Origin: Octopus sinensis
Lineage: Eukaryota
Reading direction: 5' to 3'
DNA: 64,000 bases
Assembly (NCBI RefSeq): GCF_006345805.1
Contig: NC_042997.1
Coordinates: 99,882,001-99,946,000, forward strand
The stretch's first letter is position 1, and each line of letters opens with the position of its first letter. This document shows, piece after piece, positions 1 through 13,989 of this stretch. A program made the translations under genes and the position numbers. The notes below the pieces were generated by a model that worked only from the letters and a program-made list of their open reading frames with translations, ran no database searches and had not been told where the DNA came from.

Positions 1-884
1 AAGTGATAATGATGTTGAGAATGCAAGAAGAGTGACAAGGGAAGTGTTTCCAAGGAAACATATAACTGAGAGCACAAAAGCAGGTATGGAATATGTGCAA
101 TTCTGTTCATATATAATTACAGTTGTTGAAGAAAAAAGAGCCAAATTTAGAAAGGTAAAGGAGAGACAGGCGTTACAAGGTAAGTTGTGGGAAACGCTCA
201 ACATGAATAGATTTGGTGCAAGGGAAGTGGTGAAATAGACATTAACGATATGCTTTCAGGACCCATGCACACACACTTATATATATAGTTGATACCTGAT
301 ACTTAAGTCAGTGCATCCAATTTTAAAATCGAAACCATGTAACTGAGACAGGGCACATATAAATTTCCAGCTCCCTTTCATACAAAGAAATGATTTATTA
401 GAGTCTCTTATTTGCCATTTGTATTCATTTGGATAACTCATATATGCATAGAATCTCTCATATTCATGCAGGATAAGCTACTGTTATACTTTGACGTAAT
501 TGTTTTACATTTGCTTTCTATGTAGGCATGGGTTGACAGATACCGTGAAATTGTGTCAGTTGAGAAGTCTCAAAATTATTGATCATATCATTTTTGTGCA
601 TTCTTAAAAAAGTTAAAATGTCTTTCCCTCAATGTAACTCTTTTAGTTTCGTCAAGTAGACTCAGATCAAGTCACTTGCTCAAAAGTACAAATCTCAAAT
701 ACATACATACATACATATATACATACATATATTATGCTATATAATGCATAATACACACACACACACACAACAGAATTTCCATCTATCTATTTCACTCACA
801 AGACTTTGGTCAGCCCAAGCCAAGGCTATAGGAGAAGACTACCCAAAGTGCCACACAATAGGAGTGAACCCAAAACCATCAGGT

Positions 885-949
<65 letters not shown>

Positions 950-953
<4 letters not shown>

Positions 954-1147
954 CGGAGATGTACTCGCATAGCAAGTGATTTGATCTGAGATCGTGTGCT
1001 GGAACGAAAACAATTGCAGTGTGGAAGGTGTTTGTAAGCCATTTAAGAAACACACAAAAGCCGTTCGATTCACTTCAACATTTAAGTTTAATTATTCAAG
1101 ATATTTTCTTTGCTAAAATCCGCGACCTGTTCACTGACAAAAATCTG
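950..1147. mobile_element. Left half of a palindromic MITE inserted in (TA)n
   Basis: Matches the element at 48117-48440 and ends at that element's hairpin axis (gttcactgacaaaaatctg). Confidence 0.7.
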
Positions 1148-1334
1148 TATATATATATCAACATGCATGTATGTTTCCATACAAGTGTGTGTGTGAGGTT
1201 TTCTCTCTCTTTCTCTCTCCCTCTCTCCCCCCCTCTCTCTCCCTCTCCCCCCTCTCTCTATATATATATGGTGGTAGTGCTCCAGTATGGCCACAGTCAA
1301 ATGACTGAAACAAGTAAAAGAAAAAGGAAAAGAA

Positions 1335-1400
<66 letters not shown>

Positions 1401-1656
1401 ATATTTAAAGTACAGAGAGACAATTTATGTGCAAAACTGCAAGTATATTCTAGCTTTAAATGCTTATACAACATACTGTATATCAATGAAGTTAAAAGTT
1501 GAATGACTTTTTTTTCAATAGTAATTACCCTTTTGAGGAATATTTTCAAATTTCTAAAAGCATTGGTAGAAAATTATGGCAAAGGTTATATAGCATAATC
1601 TTCATTATACCATTATACACACAAACACACACACACACACACACACACCCACACAT

Positions 1657-1731
<75 letters not shown>
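1657..1731. repeat. (AGAT)n microsatellite (others at about 5492-5556 and 11959-12024)
   Basis: Direct reading. Confidence 0.95.
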
Positions 1732-1732
<1 letters not shown>

Positions 1733-2489
1733 ACACACAATGCTTAACATAAACAAAGACAAGAAAGCTGCTTACACATGAATATTTATTTTTGAATACA
1801 TCTGAACATATATAAACACATACACACAAACACACTCTGCTTTTCGGGAACGTATTAACAATTTAAATTCATACACAATTTAAATTCTAATTGCCCAATC
1901 ATTTACAACTCTACACACACACACACATACACACATAAACACACACTCACATATACACACACACACATAAATGCATGCATTTATAGACATTTATACACAC
2001 AGTCATTAACAGAGATAATTATAAATAAACACAACATTGCATATTAAAATATCTAAGAACGTTATGGAGTATCAAGACATTAGCCTACAGATAAACATCA
2101 GATAATATGTTAACTTATTACTAATAAGCTGATTTGAAGGGGGAAGCCGGCAGGCTCACACTTTTATTTATTTTCCATATCCATACCCCCAAAACCATAT
2201 GGATTCAGTAGACAGATGTACAAGAGTAATTCACACAAACTCAGCTTGAGAGGAAATCAGAATACCACAGAGACACTTTAAGATATATTGGACATTCTTT
2301 ACGCTGATATATGTACGAGTGACTACAGATGAAAAATGTCTTATACTATACATGCACACACACACACACACAAACACATAGATGCACGTGTATACATATA
2401 TACTGATGTGTACTTGTGTGTGTGTGTGTGTACACAAAATGTGAAATGTGTGTATGTGCATGGTATGTGTGTGTGATTTCCTAATATTA

Positions 2490-2508
2490 TACTGATATTT
2501 ATATTATA

Positions 2509-2542
<34 letters not shown>

Positions 2543-2559
2543 CATACTTATATACATAC

Positions 2560-2654
<95 letters not shown>

Positions 2655-2664
2655 CATATATACT

Positions 2665-2718
<54 letters not shown>

Positions 2719-2788
2719 ATACATATACATATATATATACATATACATATATATATACATATACATATATACATATACATATATACAT

Positions 2789-2845
<57 letters not shown>
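2490..2845. repeat. Compound (TA)n/(TATACA)n microsatellite, representative of dozens of TA/TG tracts in the window
   Basis: Direct reading; source of the YIYIYI ORF artefacts. Confidence 0.95.
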
Positions 2846-2848
<3 letters not shown>

Positions 2849-3296
2849 GTATTACTTATACATGTATACTTGATAGCGATACTTATAAAAATGATACTGT
2901 TACTTTGTACATGTGCACTCACATACATATTTGGGTCCAATATTTTAGCTCTTCTAGGCGTGGCAATGTGGTATGAAGTTTGCTTCCCAACCACATAGTT
3001 CCAGGACGGTCCCACCGCATGACAACTTGTACAACAGTCTGCTAATATAGCCACTGGTTGATCAAAACCTTTTGAGTGAATTTGGTATATTATATATATA
3101 TATATATATATATACAGATAAATACACACACATACACATACATATACATATATGCATGTATATATATATATATATATACACACACATGCACATGTTCTTT
3201 TATTCTTCTTCACATTTCTGTCATTTGAGTGCAGCCATGCTGGAGTACAACCTTTATACATACATACGCACGCACACACACACACACACACACAAC

Positions 3297-3329
<33 letters not shown>

Positions 3330-3452
3330 CATGAATATATATATGTATACATGAATATATATATACACATACATACATATATACATGTATATATATATAC
3401 ACATACATACAATATATATATATGAATCTATATATATAAATATGAATCACAT

Positions 3453-3485
<33 letters not shown>

Positions 3486-3542
3486 AATATATATACACAC
3501 ACACATACATACACACACACACACACACACATGTATAATATA

Positions 3543-4570
3543 CTAGCAGACATACCCGGCGATGCTTGGGATTTAAATGGCATAGTTTGTATGCATGGCA
3601 CAGTTAAATCGAAACATGTGATATGGGGAAGCACAACATTGACGATAAAACATTTGTGGAGTAAATGAAGCACTAATTCGACTAGATTCCAGGCTCTAAC
3701 TTTGTCATGGAAAAGTGGGTGGGGGATATGTGATTTCTGAATGCACCAAAAAGTTCTTAGTTGTGCCTGTTGGCGCTGCCGCTACCCCACTGAACGATCA
3801 GCAGACATAAGAACTAGATCTATGTGATAAATTAAGCCTGTGGGCTAATGCCTTGATATTCCATAACATTCTTAGCCTGTGGGCATGCTCAACAGCACCA
3901 CATGAGAGAAATCTACATGAAAGAAATGACATGGTAAGGGGGCAGGAATTGGCAAGGAAGCACTTGGAAACAACACTGCCATGTGACATTTCGGTTTAGA
4001 ATCAATAGTCATGGCTCAACCATGCACTCCTTCATGTAAACAGCATGCAGCCATTGTGGCCACAACTCAGCTCCCGAAACAATTCTGCATGCAGTGTCAG
4101 GGTATGCAAGGTCACATTAAGGACACGGTCTCTAACTAATGTGGTCAGGTCACATGGCGTTTGGTTGCTGATGTGGTTGGGAATTAATAGTCATGGCTCA
4201 ATTGTGCACTCCTTCACATAAACAGTGACCATTGTGAGGTCAACTCAGCTCCCAACCAAAAACAACTTTGCATGCAATGTCAGGGTATGCAAGGTCATAA
4301 TAAGGACACAGTCTCTAACTAATGTGGTTGGGTCACGTGGCGTTTGGTTGGGAATTAATAGTCATGGCTCAATTGTGCACTCCTTCACATAAACAGTGAC
4401 CATTGTGAGGTCAACTCAGCTCCCAACCAAAAACAATTTTGCATGCAGTGTTTGGACATGCAAGATCACATTAAGGATACAGTCTCTAATTAATGTAGTT
4501 GGGTCTTAGACACCATAAACTAATAGGATAATGTACATGAAATATTTCGGTTTGTAATCAATAGCAGGAG
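3543..4570 (-). mobile_element. Non-autonomous Helitron-like element with an internal tandem array
   Basis: The minus strand ends cccaagcatcgccgggtatgtctgCTAG|T (GC hairpin plus CTAG, the canonical Helitron 3' end). Internal 171-182 bp units start at 4004, 4186 and 4357. The 5' end was not identified. Confidence 0.6.
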
Positions 4571-4688
4571 AATATTTGTATGGGCTTCATCTATGCTTAG
4601 AAGGAAGACTTTGATACTGAAAGCTAAAAGAAAATAGTTGAATAGTGTGTTTGTGTGTGTGTGTGTGCATGTGTGTGTGTGTGTGAAG

Positions 4689-4995
4689 ACCTCCTTTGGT
4701 CACAAGTCACCATGGGATTATACCCAGAAAGTTCCCCTCTGGAGCACAAGTCCAAGAAAGGTTGTTTAGGGGAGTCCAGAAGTCACCCATGAATACCAGC
4801 CTCCCCTCTCCATACCACCAATATTGTCCAAAGGAAAGGCAACAACCAATATAGCTCAGCACCAGTAACATCACCACTCATTTCTCTAGGTAAGTGAACT
4901 CAGCAACATGAAATAAAGAGACTTACTCAAGAACACAACACAGAACCCAGTCCAGGAATTGAACTCACAACCTCATGATTGTAATCCCATTCTAA
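4689..4995 (-). mobile_element. Degenerate SINE family D copy
   Basis: Reverse-complement similarity to the intact copy at 31749-32095. Confidence 0.7.
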
Positions 4996-5007
4996 ACATT
5001 TTATGTG

Positions 5008-5042
<35 letters not shown>

Positions 5043-5362
5043 ATGGGTCTTTATGTCTGTGCTTCTCCCTTCTCACCACTTGAAACAAGTGTTGGTGTGT
5101 TTACATCCCCATAACTTAGTGGTTTGGTGAAAGAAACAAATAGAATAAGTACCGGGCTTCAAAAAGAAACAAGTACTGGGATTGATTTGCTCAACTAAAA
5201 CTCTTCAAGGCAGTGTCCCAGCATGGCCACAATCTAATGACTGAAGCGTGTAAAAGATAAAAAGACACTAACATATAACAAAGGATGTTAGGGAAAAAAA
5301 TATATTTATACATGTAAATGTGTATGTGTCCAACCCATGCCTGCATGGAAAATGCATGTTGA

Positions 5363-5363
<1 letters not shown>

Positions 5364-5416
<53 letters not shown>

Positions 5417-5454
5417 GTGATGGTGATGATGATGGTGATGATGATGATGATGAT
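5364..5454. repeat. (GAT)n microsatellite on a family C tail remnant
   Basis: Preceded by ccaacccatgcctgcatggaaaatgcatgttgaa, the family C 3' end; explains the poly-His ORF. Confidence 0.85.
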
Positions 5455-5491
5455 TAGATATATAGATAGATGGATGGGTGGGTGGATGGGT

Positions 5492-5570
<79 letters not shown>

Positions 5571-5886
5571 TGGAAGTAGGCTGATAAGCAAATAAATAGA
5601 TAAATAAACAGACAGATAAATATGTATATATCTTTTTCTTTTATTACTTTTTTGGCATAAGTCACTTGAATGTGTGGCCTTGCTGGGGTACTGCCTTAAA
5701 TAGCTAGTCAATAATATTGATACCAGTAATTGTTTTGTTACAGTCTGGTACTTGTGTAAGCAATCATTATTTTTTTGAACCACTAAGTCATGAACTAAAA
5801 ACAAATGTAAATATGAACAGAGACAAATTACACACATGCACAAACATACACTTACACATATGCATACATGTGCATATACTGTACAT

Positions 5887-5925
<39 letters not shown>

Positions 5926-6115
5926 ATTACATGTACTGCATACATATACTGTGTGCATATATATGTATATATATATATACATACACACAGGCACACACAT
6001 ATTTACACATACATACATATATGTATGTATATATATATAATATATATATATACACACACAGACACACACATATTTATACATACATACATATATAATATAT
6101 GTATGTATGTATATA

Positions 6116-6155
<40 letters not shown>

Positions 6156-6409
6156 AAACACACATACTCATATAAATATATGTGTATCATGCTAGCATGG
6201 AAAACGGATGCTAAATGATGATGATGATGATGATGTATGTACTTATATAAACTTATGTATATATATATATATATATATAAATATACATGTGTGTATGTAT
6301 ATGAATATGCACACACATACACATATATGTACACACATACACACACGTGTGTGTGTGTATATATATATATATATACACACACATACATACACATACACAT
6401 GTCAATAAT

Positions 6410-6518
6410 AATAATCCTTTTATCAACCTCAGTGGAATTTGAACTCAAAATATAAGGATAAACGAAATGCTGCTAAATATTTTACCTGGCATACTAACAA
6501 TTTTGTCAGCTCACCATC

Positions 6519-6564
<46 letters not shown>

Positions 6565-7447
6565 CAATGATAATACCAACTGTTTCTAGTTTAGGTATAA
6601 GGTCAGGAATTTTGAGAGAAATGGTTAGCTAATACCATCAACCCCAGCACTTTAGTTGATAACATAAGGTACCAACCCTGCTACCTTACGTTATTAACCT
6701 TGAAAAAAAAGGAAGGTAATATTGGCCTTGGTGAGATTTGAACTTTGATTGTAAAGTTTTGAAAGAAATACTGCAAGGCATTCACTCCAACATTCTAATA
6801 TTTCTGCCATTCAATAATGATAATAATCCTTCCTACTATAGGCACAAAGCCTAAAATTTTGGGGGAAAGGGCTAGCTAATAACATTGACCCCAGTGCTCA
6901 ACTGGTACCTATTATCAACAGTGAAAGGATGAAAGACAAAGTCAACCTTGGTAGCATTTGAACTCAAAATGTTAAAACTGGAAGAAATGCCGCTAAGCAT
7001 TTTGTTCCACAGTAATAATTTATAACGTTAATACAAGACTATAAATTTTCAGAGAGGGGATAGTCAAATAGATCAACTTCAGTACTTGAGAATATTTATT
7101 TCCATCAACCCCAGAAAAATCCTGGTGGAATTTGAATCCAGAAAATCAAAAGAAATAATGCCAAGAATTAATAAAGTGTCATGCTTTTACCTATTTCTGT
7201 CACTCAACTACAATTCTCAATAATAATAATAATAATAATAATAATAATCCTTTCTACTATAGGCACAAGGCCTGAAATTTAGGGGCAGGGGACCAGTTGA
7301 TTAGATCAACCCCGTACACAACTGGTACTTAATTTATCGACCCTGAAAGGATGAAAGGCAAAGTCAACCTCGGTGGGACATAAGGATGGGCGAAATGCTG
7401 ATATGCATTTTGTCCAGCATGTTAATTAATTTTGCCAGCTTGCCACC

Positions 7448-7491
<44 letters not shown>

Positions 7492-9125
7492 CCTTTTTAC
7501 TATAGGCACAAGACCAGCAATTTTGTGGGAGTGTAAGTTGATTGTATTGAACCCAGTACTCAATTGGTACTTATTTTATCAACTTTGAAAGGATGAAAGG
7601 CAAAACTGGCTTCAGCAGCATTTGAACTCAGAACATAATGCCAGAAGAAATGCTGCGAAGCAGTTTGTCCAGTGCATTAATGATTCTACCAGCTCACCAC
7701 CTTAATAATGACATAATAATAATAATTACAGTAATAATGTTTTGATATAGGCACCTAGACATGAGATTTCAGAGAATAGATTAGTAATTAATTAACTGGT
7801 ACTTTCATCCATCAGGTAAAGTTGACCATGGCAGTATTTCAACTCAGGACATAATGCCAGATTCTACCAGCTTGCTACCTTAATAATAATACAACAATAA
7901 TTACACACAAAGACAGAAAGTGTCACTGAAGAGGTCACAGATGTGTGAATGTGTAACAAAAGATCTCCAGACAACGGACTTGAGTTAAAATAAGAATAGT
8001 ATTAAGTGAGTGAGGAATAAATATATAGTGCATATTTTTACTAGGAGAAAAAAAATGACCATCCCAAAATACAACAATAATAATTAAAGTTATAATGTTT
8101 TAATATAGGCACAGGACATGAGATTTGAGCGAGAGGGTTAGTCAATTAAACTGACCTCAGTAATTAACTGGTACTTTCATAAGACAGGATGAAAGGCAAA
8201 AGTGACCTTGGCAGGATTTCAACTCAGAATGTAAAGAGCTGGAATAATTAGTATAAAGCATTTTCTCAAACACTAAATCAATTCTCTCTGATCCACAACA
8301 ACAATAGATGCAGTTACAAAAACACAATTCCACATCAGTGAAATACAATGCTGCACATGCCCTAAAAAACCCTGAGGTGCAACAAGTAGTGCAACATGAA
8401 ACGCGCATGTTTCTGTTGTAAACACATGATAGTGACAATAATATTAATAATAATGTGAATGTCGATCATAAAGATTCTTAGACTGATACCAAATCACAAA
8501 TGCTTAGAAGGCTGTATGAGTGTACCGGATCAACTCGATACGTATTTTATTGACGAAAGAGATGAAAGATAAAGTGAACTCAGGCAAGATTTGAAATCAG
8601 GATAGTGAAGGAAAAGAAAAAACAAAACTGAAATATCAAAAAGCATATTTGTTTACTTCCTCATATTCCTGTTTCTGACAGGCAACTTTCAATAACAATT
8701 TGATTTTATTCTACTCTACTTATTTACTTTTATGCAATAATCACAAAACAATTATAATGATTCACTTATGGTTTTGATTGTGGCACAAGGCCATCAATTT
8801 TAAGGGAGTTGGGTGGGCATTAGCTGATAACTATCAACCCATGTGCTAGACTGATACTTAACTTTATCGACCCCAGAGGGATGCAATGCAAAGTTGATTC
8901 TGGTGCAATTTAAACTGATTCACTAGTGATTACTGCCAATGGATCAACATGTGGGAAAGAGGTGGAGGGAGGTTTGGTCAGTTGAATTGACCCTCAGTTA
9001 TAATTGCTGGTACTTGTTTGGGTTTTTTAACCTCCCCGAGATCAATATAAGTCAAAACACAGGATTTGAATTCAATATGTAACAGGGGCACAAAATTGGC
9101 ACTTGGGGACAAACTTTAACATGTA
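6410..9125 (-). mobile_element. Stack of about 10 same-orientation SINE family B copies separated by (AAT)n
   Basis: Recurrent ctactataggcacaaggcctgaaattt...actggtact...gaaaggatgaaaggcaaagtc...atttgaactcag blocks. Confidence 0.85.
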
Positions 9126-10088
9126 TCCATTCATAATCCTCACTGATTAAATTTGGAAACAAATCAATGTTGCTGCTGCTACTACTACTACTACTAATAA
9201 TAATAATAATAATAATTATAGTAACGAGGATTTGTTTTATTTACTACAGGGGTGCTGATGGAGGTGACAAGATCACATAAAATGTATGGATGGTGGGGGT
9301 AGACAGACATCAAATTAGGAAAAAGAAAATTAAATTCGATAAAAATAACAACAACAAACAATAATAACAAACCTAATAACAACAATAATGATTTTAACAA
9401 TGATAATAATGATGTTGCTTTTTATGGTCCATGCCACTTGTATAAAGCGTAACTTATCAGACAGTTACTGGAGATATTAATTTCCTTTTCCAGTTTCATT
9501 TTCATCTTTATCATCTTCACCTCTCTTCAATAAGAACGTTTTGTTATAGTTGTTGTTATTGTTGTTGTTATTGTTGTTTGTGTATGCATGTTTGTTTAAG
9601 TAGCATGAAGAAATAGCAAGGTAATTTTCTAAACTACGAATATGAGTAAATAAAATTTGATACAAAATAAATACAAAAAAAAGCAATAGAAAGAAAAATG
9701 AAATACATATTTTTGTTATTTGGGAGGGTCATATTGCAAATAAACACACACACACATACACACACACACTGGTCATGGTAGTTCACAGAAGTTTTTTTTT
9801 TTCTTATTTTGCTTTTTTTTATTCATTATTGTTATCTAATTAGTTTGTCATGAAATTTTCCATCACTCTAATGTAATTTTTCATTGAATTAAAAACAGAA
9901 AAATGACAAAATAATTAACAATAAAAAACTAAAACTGAAGTTAACTATAAACCATGCATGCATGTGTTCGTTGGCAATATGACTTTTCCAGAGCAGTACT
10001 ACACTGATTTCAACACATGGTTTTGCAAAAAAAAAATTCTTGCAAAACGAATTTGCAAATGCAATATAAATCATAATAACACACATTA

Positions 10089-10120
<32 letters not shown>

Positions 10121-10459
10121 TATTATATATATATATATAAAGATATATATATGTGCATATATATTATATAAAATAGATATGGATATATCCCACCTGGCAG
10201 TGTTGAAAAACATGATTGGTTAATTGGATTGGATTGGTAAACTTAATTGTTTAATTAATTAATTGCCCGGTCAACTGATTAATTGGTCGACTGAGTTGGT
10301 TTAATCTAATCAGCTGAGATAAGAAAAATGATGGGGAAAGAGAGATAAAAAAACTTGTCCAAAGTGTCGGGCTAAAACCCCCGTTGTTCATTTGTTGCTC
10401 CGGGTGAGACAATGATTAAGATGATGCTAGCTGTCTGATAAATAGAACTGAAGCACTAA

Positions 10460-11700
10460 TATTGGTAGCGGTGATGGTGGTGGTGACGACGATGGTGGCG
10501 ACAGCGGCAGTGGTGGTGGTGGTGGTGGTGGTGCTAGTGACAGCAGCAGTGGTACTTCCAGAAGATTTGTACAGTTATACCGGTGCTGGTGTCGGCAGTG
10601 GCAGCAGTGGTAGCAGCAGAGGTGATGATGATGATGATGATGATAGTAGCAGTAGCAGTGGTGGCAGCAGCAGCAATGGTGATGGTGGTGAAGAAGGTGG
10701 TATAGATGGCTGGGTTATAGATAATGATGATAATAATGATGCTGGGTTGACAATGGATGGCATTGATGATGATGATGATGATGATGATGCTAGCAAAGAC
10801 TGAGGTGGTGGTGGCGGTGGCAGTGGTGGTGGTGGTAGCAGTGATGGAGGTGGTGATGGCAGTGGGTGCTGCAGTCAGCAGGATAGGATAATGATGATGA
10901 TAATGATGATGATGATGATGATGATGATGACCAAGCCCACAAGGAAGAGGGAAGGAGAATAATGAGAGGGAGGGGGTGAGGAGGTGGAGGAGGAAATTGA
11001 GGAGGAGGAGAAGGAGGAAGGGGAAAGGTTAATGATACTGATGGCACTGTAGCTGCTGTTGCTTCTGTTGTTGCTGCTGCTGCTTTGGGTGCTGATGCTG
11101 TTGTTGATGGGAGGACTACTGAAAACTAACTGAAGGAATGGAGCCCCCAGAGTTGGAATATATACACCAACACACACACACACACACACACAGATACAGA
11201 GAGAGAGAAAAGTTGGTGATGGGAAGATAATGTAAGGAGAGAGGGGGAGAGGGAGGGAGGGAAAGACGACAGGTGGGAGGGGCGATGGAATATACATATA
11301 TAGAGAGAGAGAGTGATATAAAAGAAGAGAGAAAGACAGATGAGCAGGCTGGGGAGTTGGAGGGGTAGGGGGAAGCAAGAATAGAAGGGAAGAATGGAAG
11401 GAGGGAGGGAGGGAGGGAAAGCTAGGAAGAGAAAAGGTATGAGAGGTGGAAGTAGGGGGGGCTGTAAGAAGTAATAAATAATAATAACAACAATAATAAT
11501 GATGATGATGATGATGATGATGATAGTAAGGAGAAGGAAAGGGTAAGCAGTGAGAGACGAGGAATGTGCCCATGTAGGAGGAATTATGAAAAGCATAAGT
11601 TGATATAAAAAAAAGGAAATGAAAAACAAACAAAATTAGAGAAGGTGGAGGAAGAGGAGGTAAATTATTGCCAACGGGGTGGGGTGGGGGGACAAGAAGA
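10460..11700. repeat. Low-complexity GGT/GAT/GCA/GGA triplet and polypurine region
   Basis: Direct reading; the ORFs here are compositional. Confidence 0.85.
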
Positions 11701-11969
11701 GCAAGAGGTTGTCTTCATTTTCAATATATATATAGCAAATAATATGCGCCCATATGCAAATATATTCAAATACACACATACATACATGCGTGTATGTATG
11801 TAGAGAGAAAGGAGAAGAGATGTGTGTGTGTGCGCACGCGTATTGGTGTACAGGTGTGAATGTGTGACTATTCTATAATATGCATGTGTGAATATGTGTG
11901 CAAATACATATATGCTTGTGTGTGCATATGCATCTATGCATAAGTGTGTGTGTGTATATAGATAGATAG

Positions 11970-12025
<56 letters not shown>

Positions 12026-12227
12026 TGATAGATATACAGATGCATATATATATGCATACATATTATACATATATATGCATATATATATGTGTGTGAGTGA
12101 GTGTGTGTGTGTTTGCATGTGTGTATAATATATATATATGTGCATATCTACGTACATATATATATGCATACAAACAAATATATATATATATATATCATAT
12201 ATATAGAATGTGCAATACATACGTGTT

Positions 12228-12273
<46 letters not shown>

Positions 12274-12317
12274 ATATATATATATGCATACATACATATA
12301 TATACATATATATGATG

Positions 12318-12378
<61 letters not shown>

Positions 12379-12625
12379 CATACATAGGTATGCATGCATG
12401 TGTGTATATATGCATAAATATATGCATGTACATATATGCTATGAATAAATACATGTTTATGGAAAGAAAGGAAGAGAGACTGTCAAACAGACTGACAGTC
12501 AGACATATGCATCTTCAACTTTCAGACAACTTCTATACATTTGTCATGGCACAATAATTTATTATCCTTCCCAACAAACAAAAACTTTCTCCCCAATAAT
12601 CTTCCTCCCCCACCTCTCTGCCCCG

Positions 12626-12658
<33 letters not shown>

Positions 12659-13000
12659 CATTTCTCGCATTTCCAACTCATCCCATCCACCTACAACCCA
12701 ACAGACACCTCTCCCCTCCTTCATTTTTTTCCCCTCCTTGCTCAGGTCCAAACAGGATAATTCTATTGTTTTATACTTTCTTTCAGCTTCTCCATTTTTG
12801 TTTCTTTCCATTCTTTCAATTATGAGTGTGTGTGTGTGTGCATGCACATGTGTGTATGCATGTGTGTGTATGTTGTGTGTGTGTGTGTGTGTGCACGCGC
12901 GTAACGGAAGGTGTTATCTATTTTTTTTAATATAATTGTTCTTGTACATTTTATTTTCTGACAATTTCAGAAATATTTCTTTAAGATAATAGATATACAC

Positions 13001-13039
<39 letters not shown>

Positions 13040-13051
13040 TGTGTGTGTGTA

Positions 13052-13466
13052 TTCTTTTACTGTTTATTCTTTTACTTGTTTCAGTTATTTGACTGTGGCC
13101 ATGCTGGAGCACCGCCTTGCAGGGTTTTAATCGAACAAATCGATCCCAGGGTTTTTTTAAAGCCTAGTACTTATTTTCTCAGTCCTTTTTTCAAACTGCT
13201 AAGTAATGGGATGTAAACACACCAACACTGGTTGTCAAGCAGTGATGTGGGACAAACACTGACACAAAGACACACACACACATATATACATATCTATATA
13301 CAGATAAGATGGGCTTCATTCAGTTTCCATCTACTAAATCCACTCACAAGGCATTGGATGGCCCAAGGCTATAGTAGAAGACACTTTCCCAAGATGCCAC
13401 ACAGTGGGAGTGGACCCAGAACCATGTGATTGGGAAGCAAAATTTTTACCACACAGTTACGCCTGC
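13052..13466 (-). mobile_element. SINE family A, full length (tRNA-like head, central TA/TG tract, 3' aaatgactgaaacaagtaaaag)
   Basis: Head reads gctgtgtggtaa...cccaaccacatggttc(c/t)gggttcagtcccactg with A/B-box-like motifs; more than 15 copies in the window. Confidence 0.85.
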
Positions 13467-13591
13467 ATCTATATATATATATATCAGTGTGTGTGTATAT
13501 AGAAATCCCCATAAAATTCAACAAATCAGAATATAAATTCAACCATGTCATAGAATATTATATTTAATACTTACTATTCATGTTCAAAATT

Positions 13592-13691
13592 GTCGACTAC
13601 ACATGTTTCATGAGGTTGTATACTATGTTCCTGAGACAAGCAGTCTCTTACAGAACTTCCCCTTATATACAACCCCAATCTTCAGGTCCAC
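13592..13691 (-). ncRNA. Type I hammerhead ribozyme fold
   Basis: CUGAAGA (13685-13679); 13-bp stem II beyond a U.U closing mismatch; GAAA (13609-13606); stem III AC-AUGU-GU; GUA cleavage triplet; stem I GUGGAC/GUCGAC (5 of 6 pairs). Confidence 0.75.
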
Positions 13692-13989
13692 CTATCCCCC
13701 GTTTATAACTTTATCTATAATTATATATTCCAACTTAAAAGTATATCAAACTAACCAGATGTATAAATTCCTAGTATGTCAAAACATATGGATGTGTAAA
13801 TAAATTTGTTGAACCCTGCAGTTTAAACCATAATTAATTAAGAATTAAATGTGAATTACACCTAAAAAAATATATATAAAGGAAAAATATATACGAATGA
13901 GAAAAAATATATATATATAAGATGATAATTCATTTTTGAATGCAGAAACACTGTTAGAACAGCAGAAATATTGGGTGGTAAATTACATC

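Noticed and set aside
2-238. Open frame at the window start (SDNDVENARR...EVVK)
   Set aside because: No recognisable motif, cut by the window edge, and it cannot be distinguished from decayed transposon sequence.
3580-3625. gatttaa/ttaaatc stem followed by GAAACAUGUG
   Set aside because: No CUGANGA and no GUH triplet; it is part of the Helitron end.
5306-5665. Poly-His ORF
   Set aside because: It is the reverse strand of a (GAT)n tract.
10462-11633. Gly/Asp/Ser-rich and Pro-rich ORFs
   Set aside because: Triplet-repeat composition, overlapping frames on both strands, no domain.
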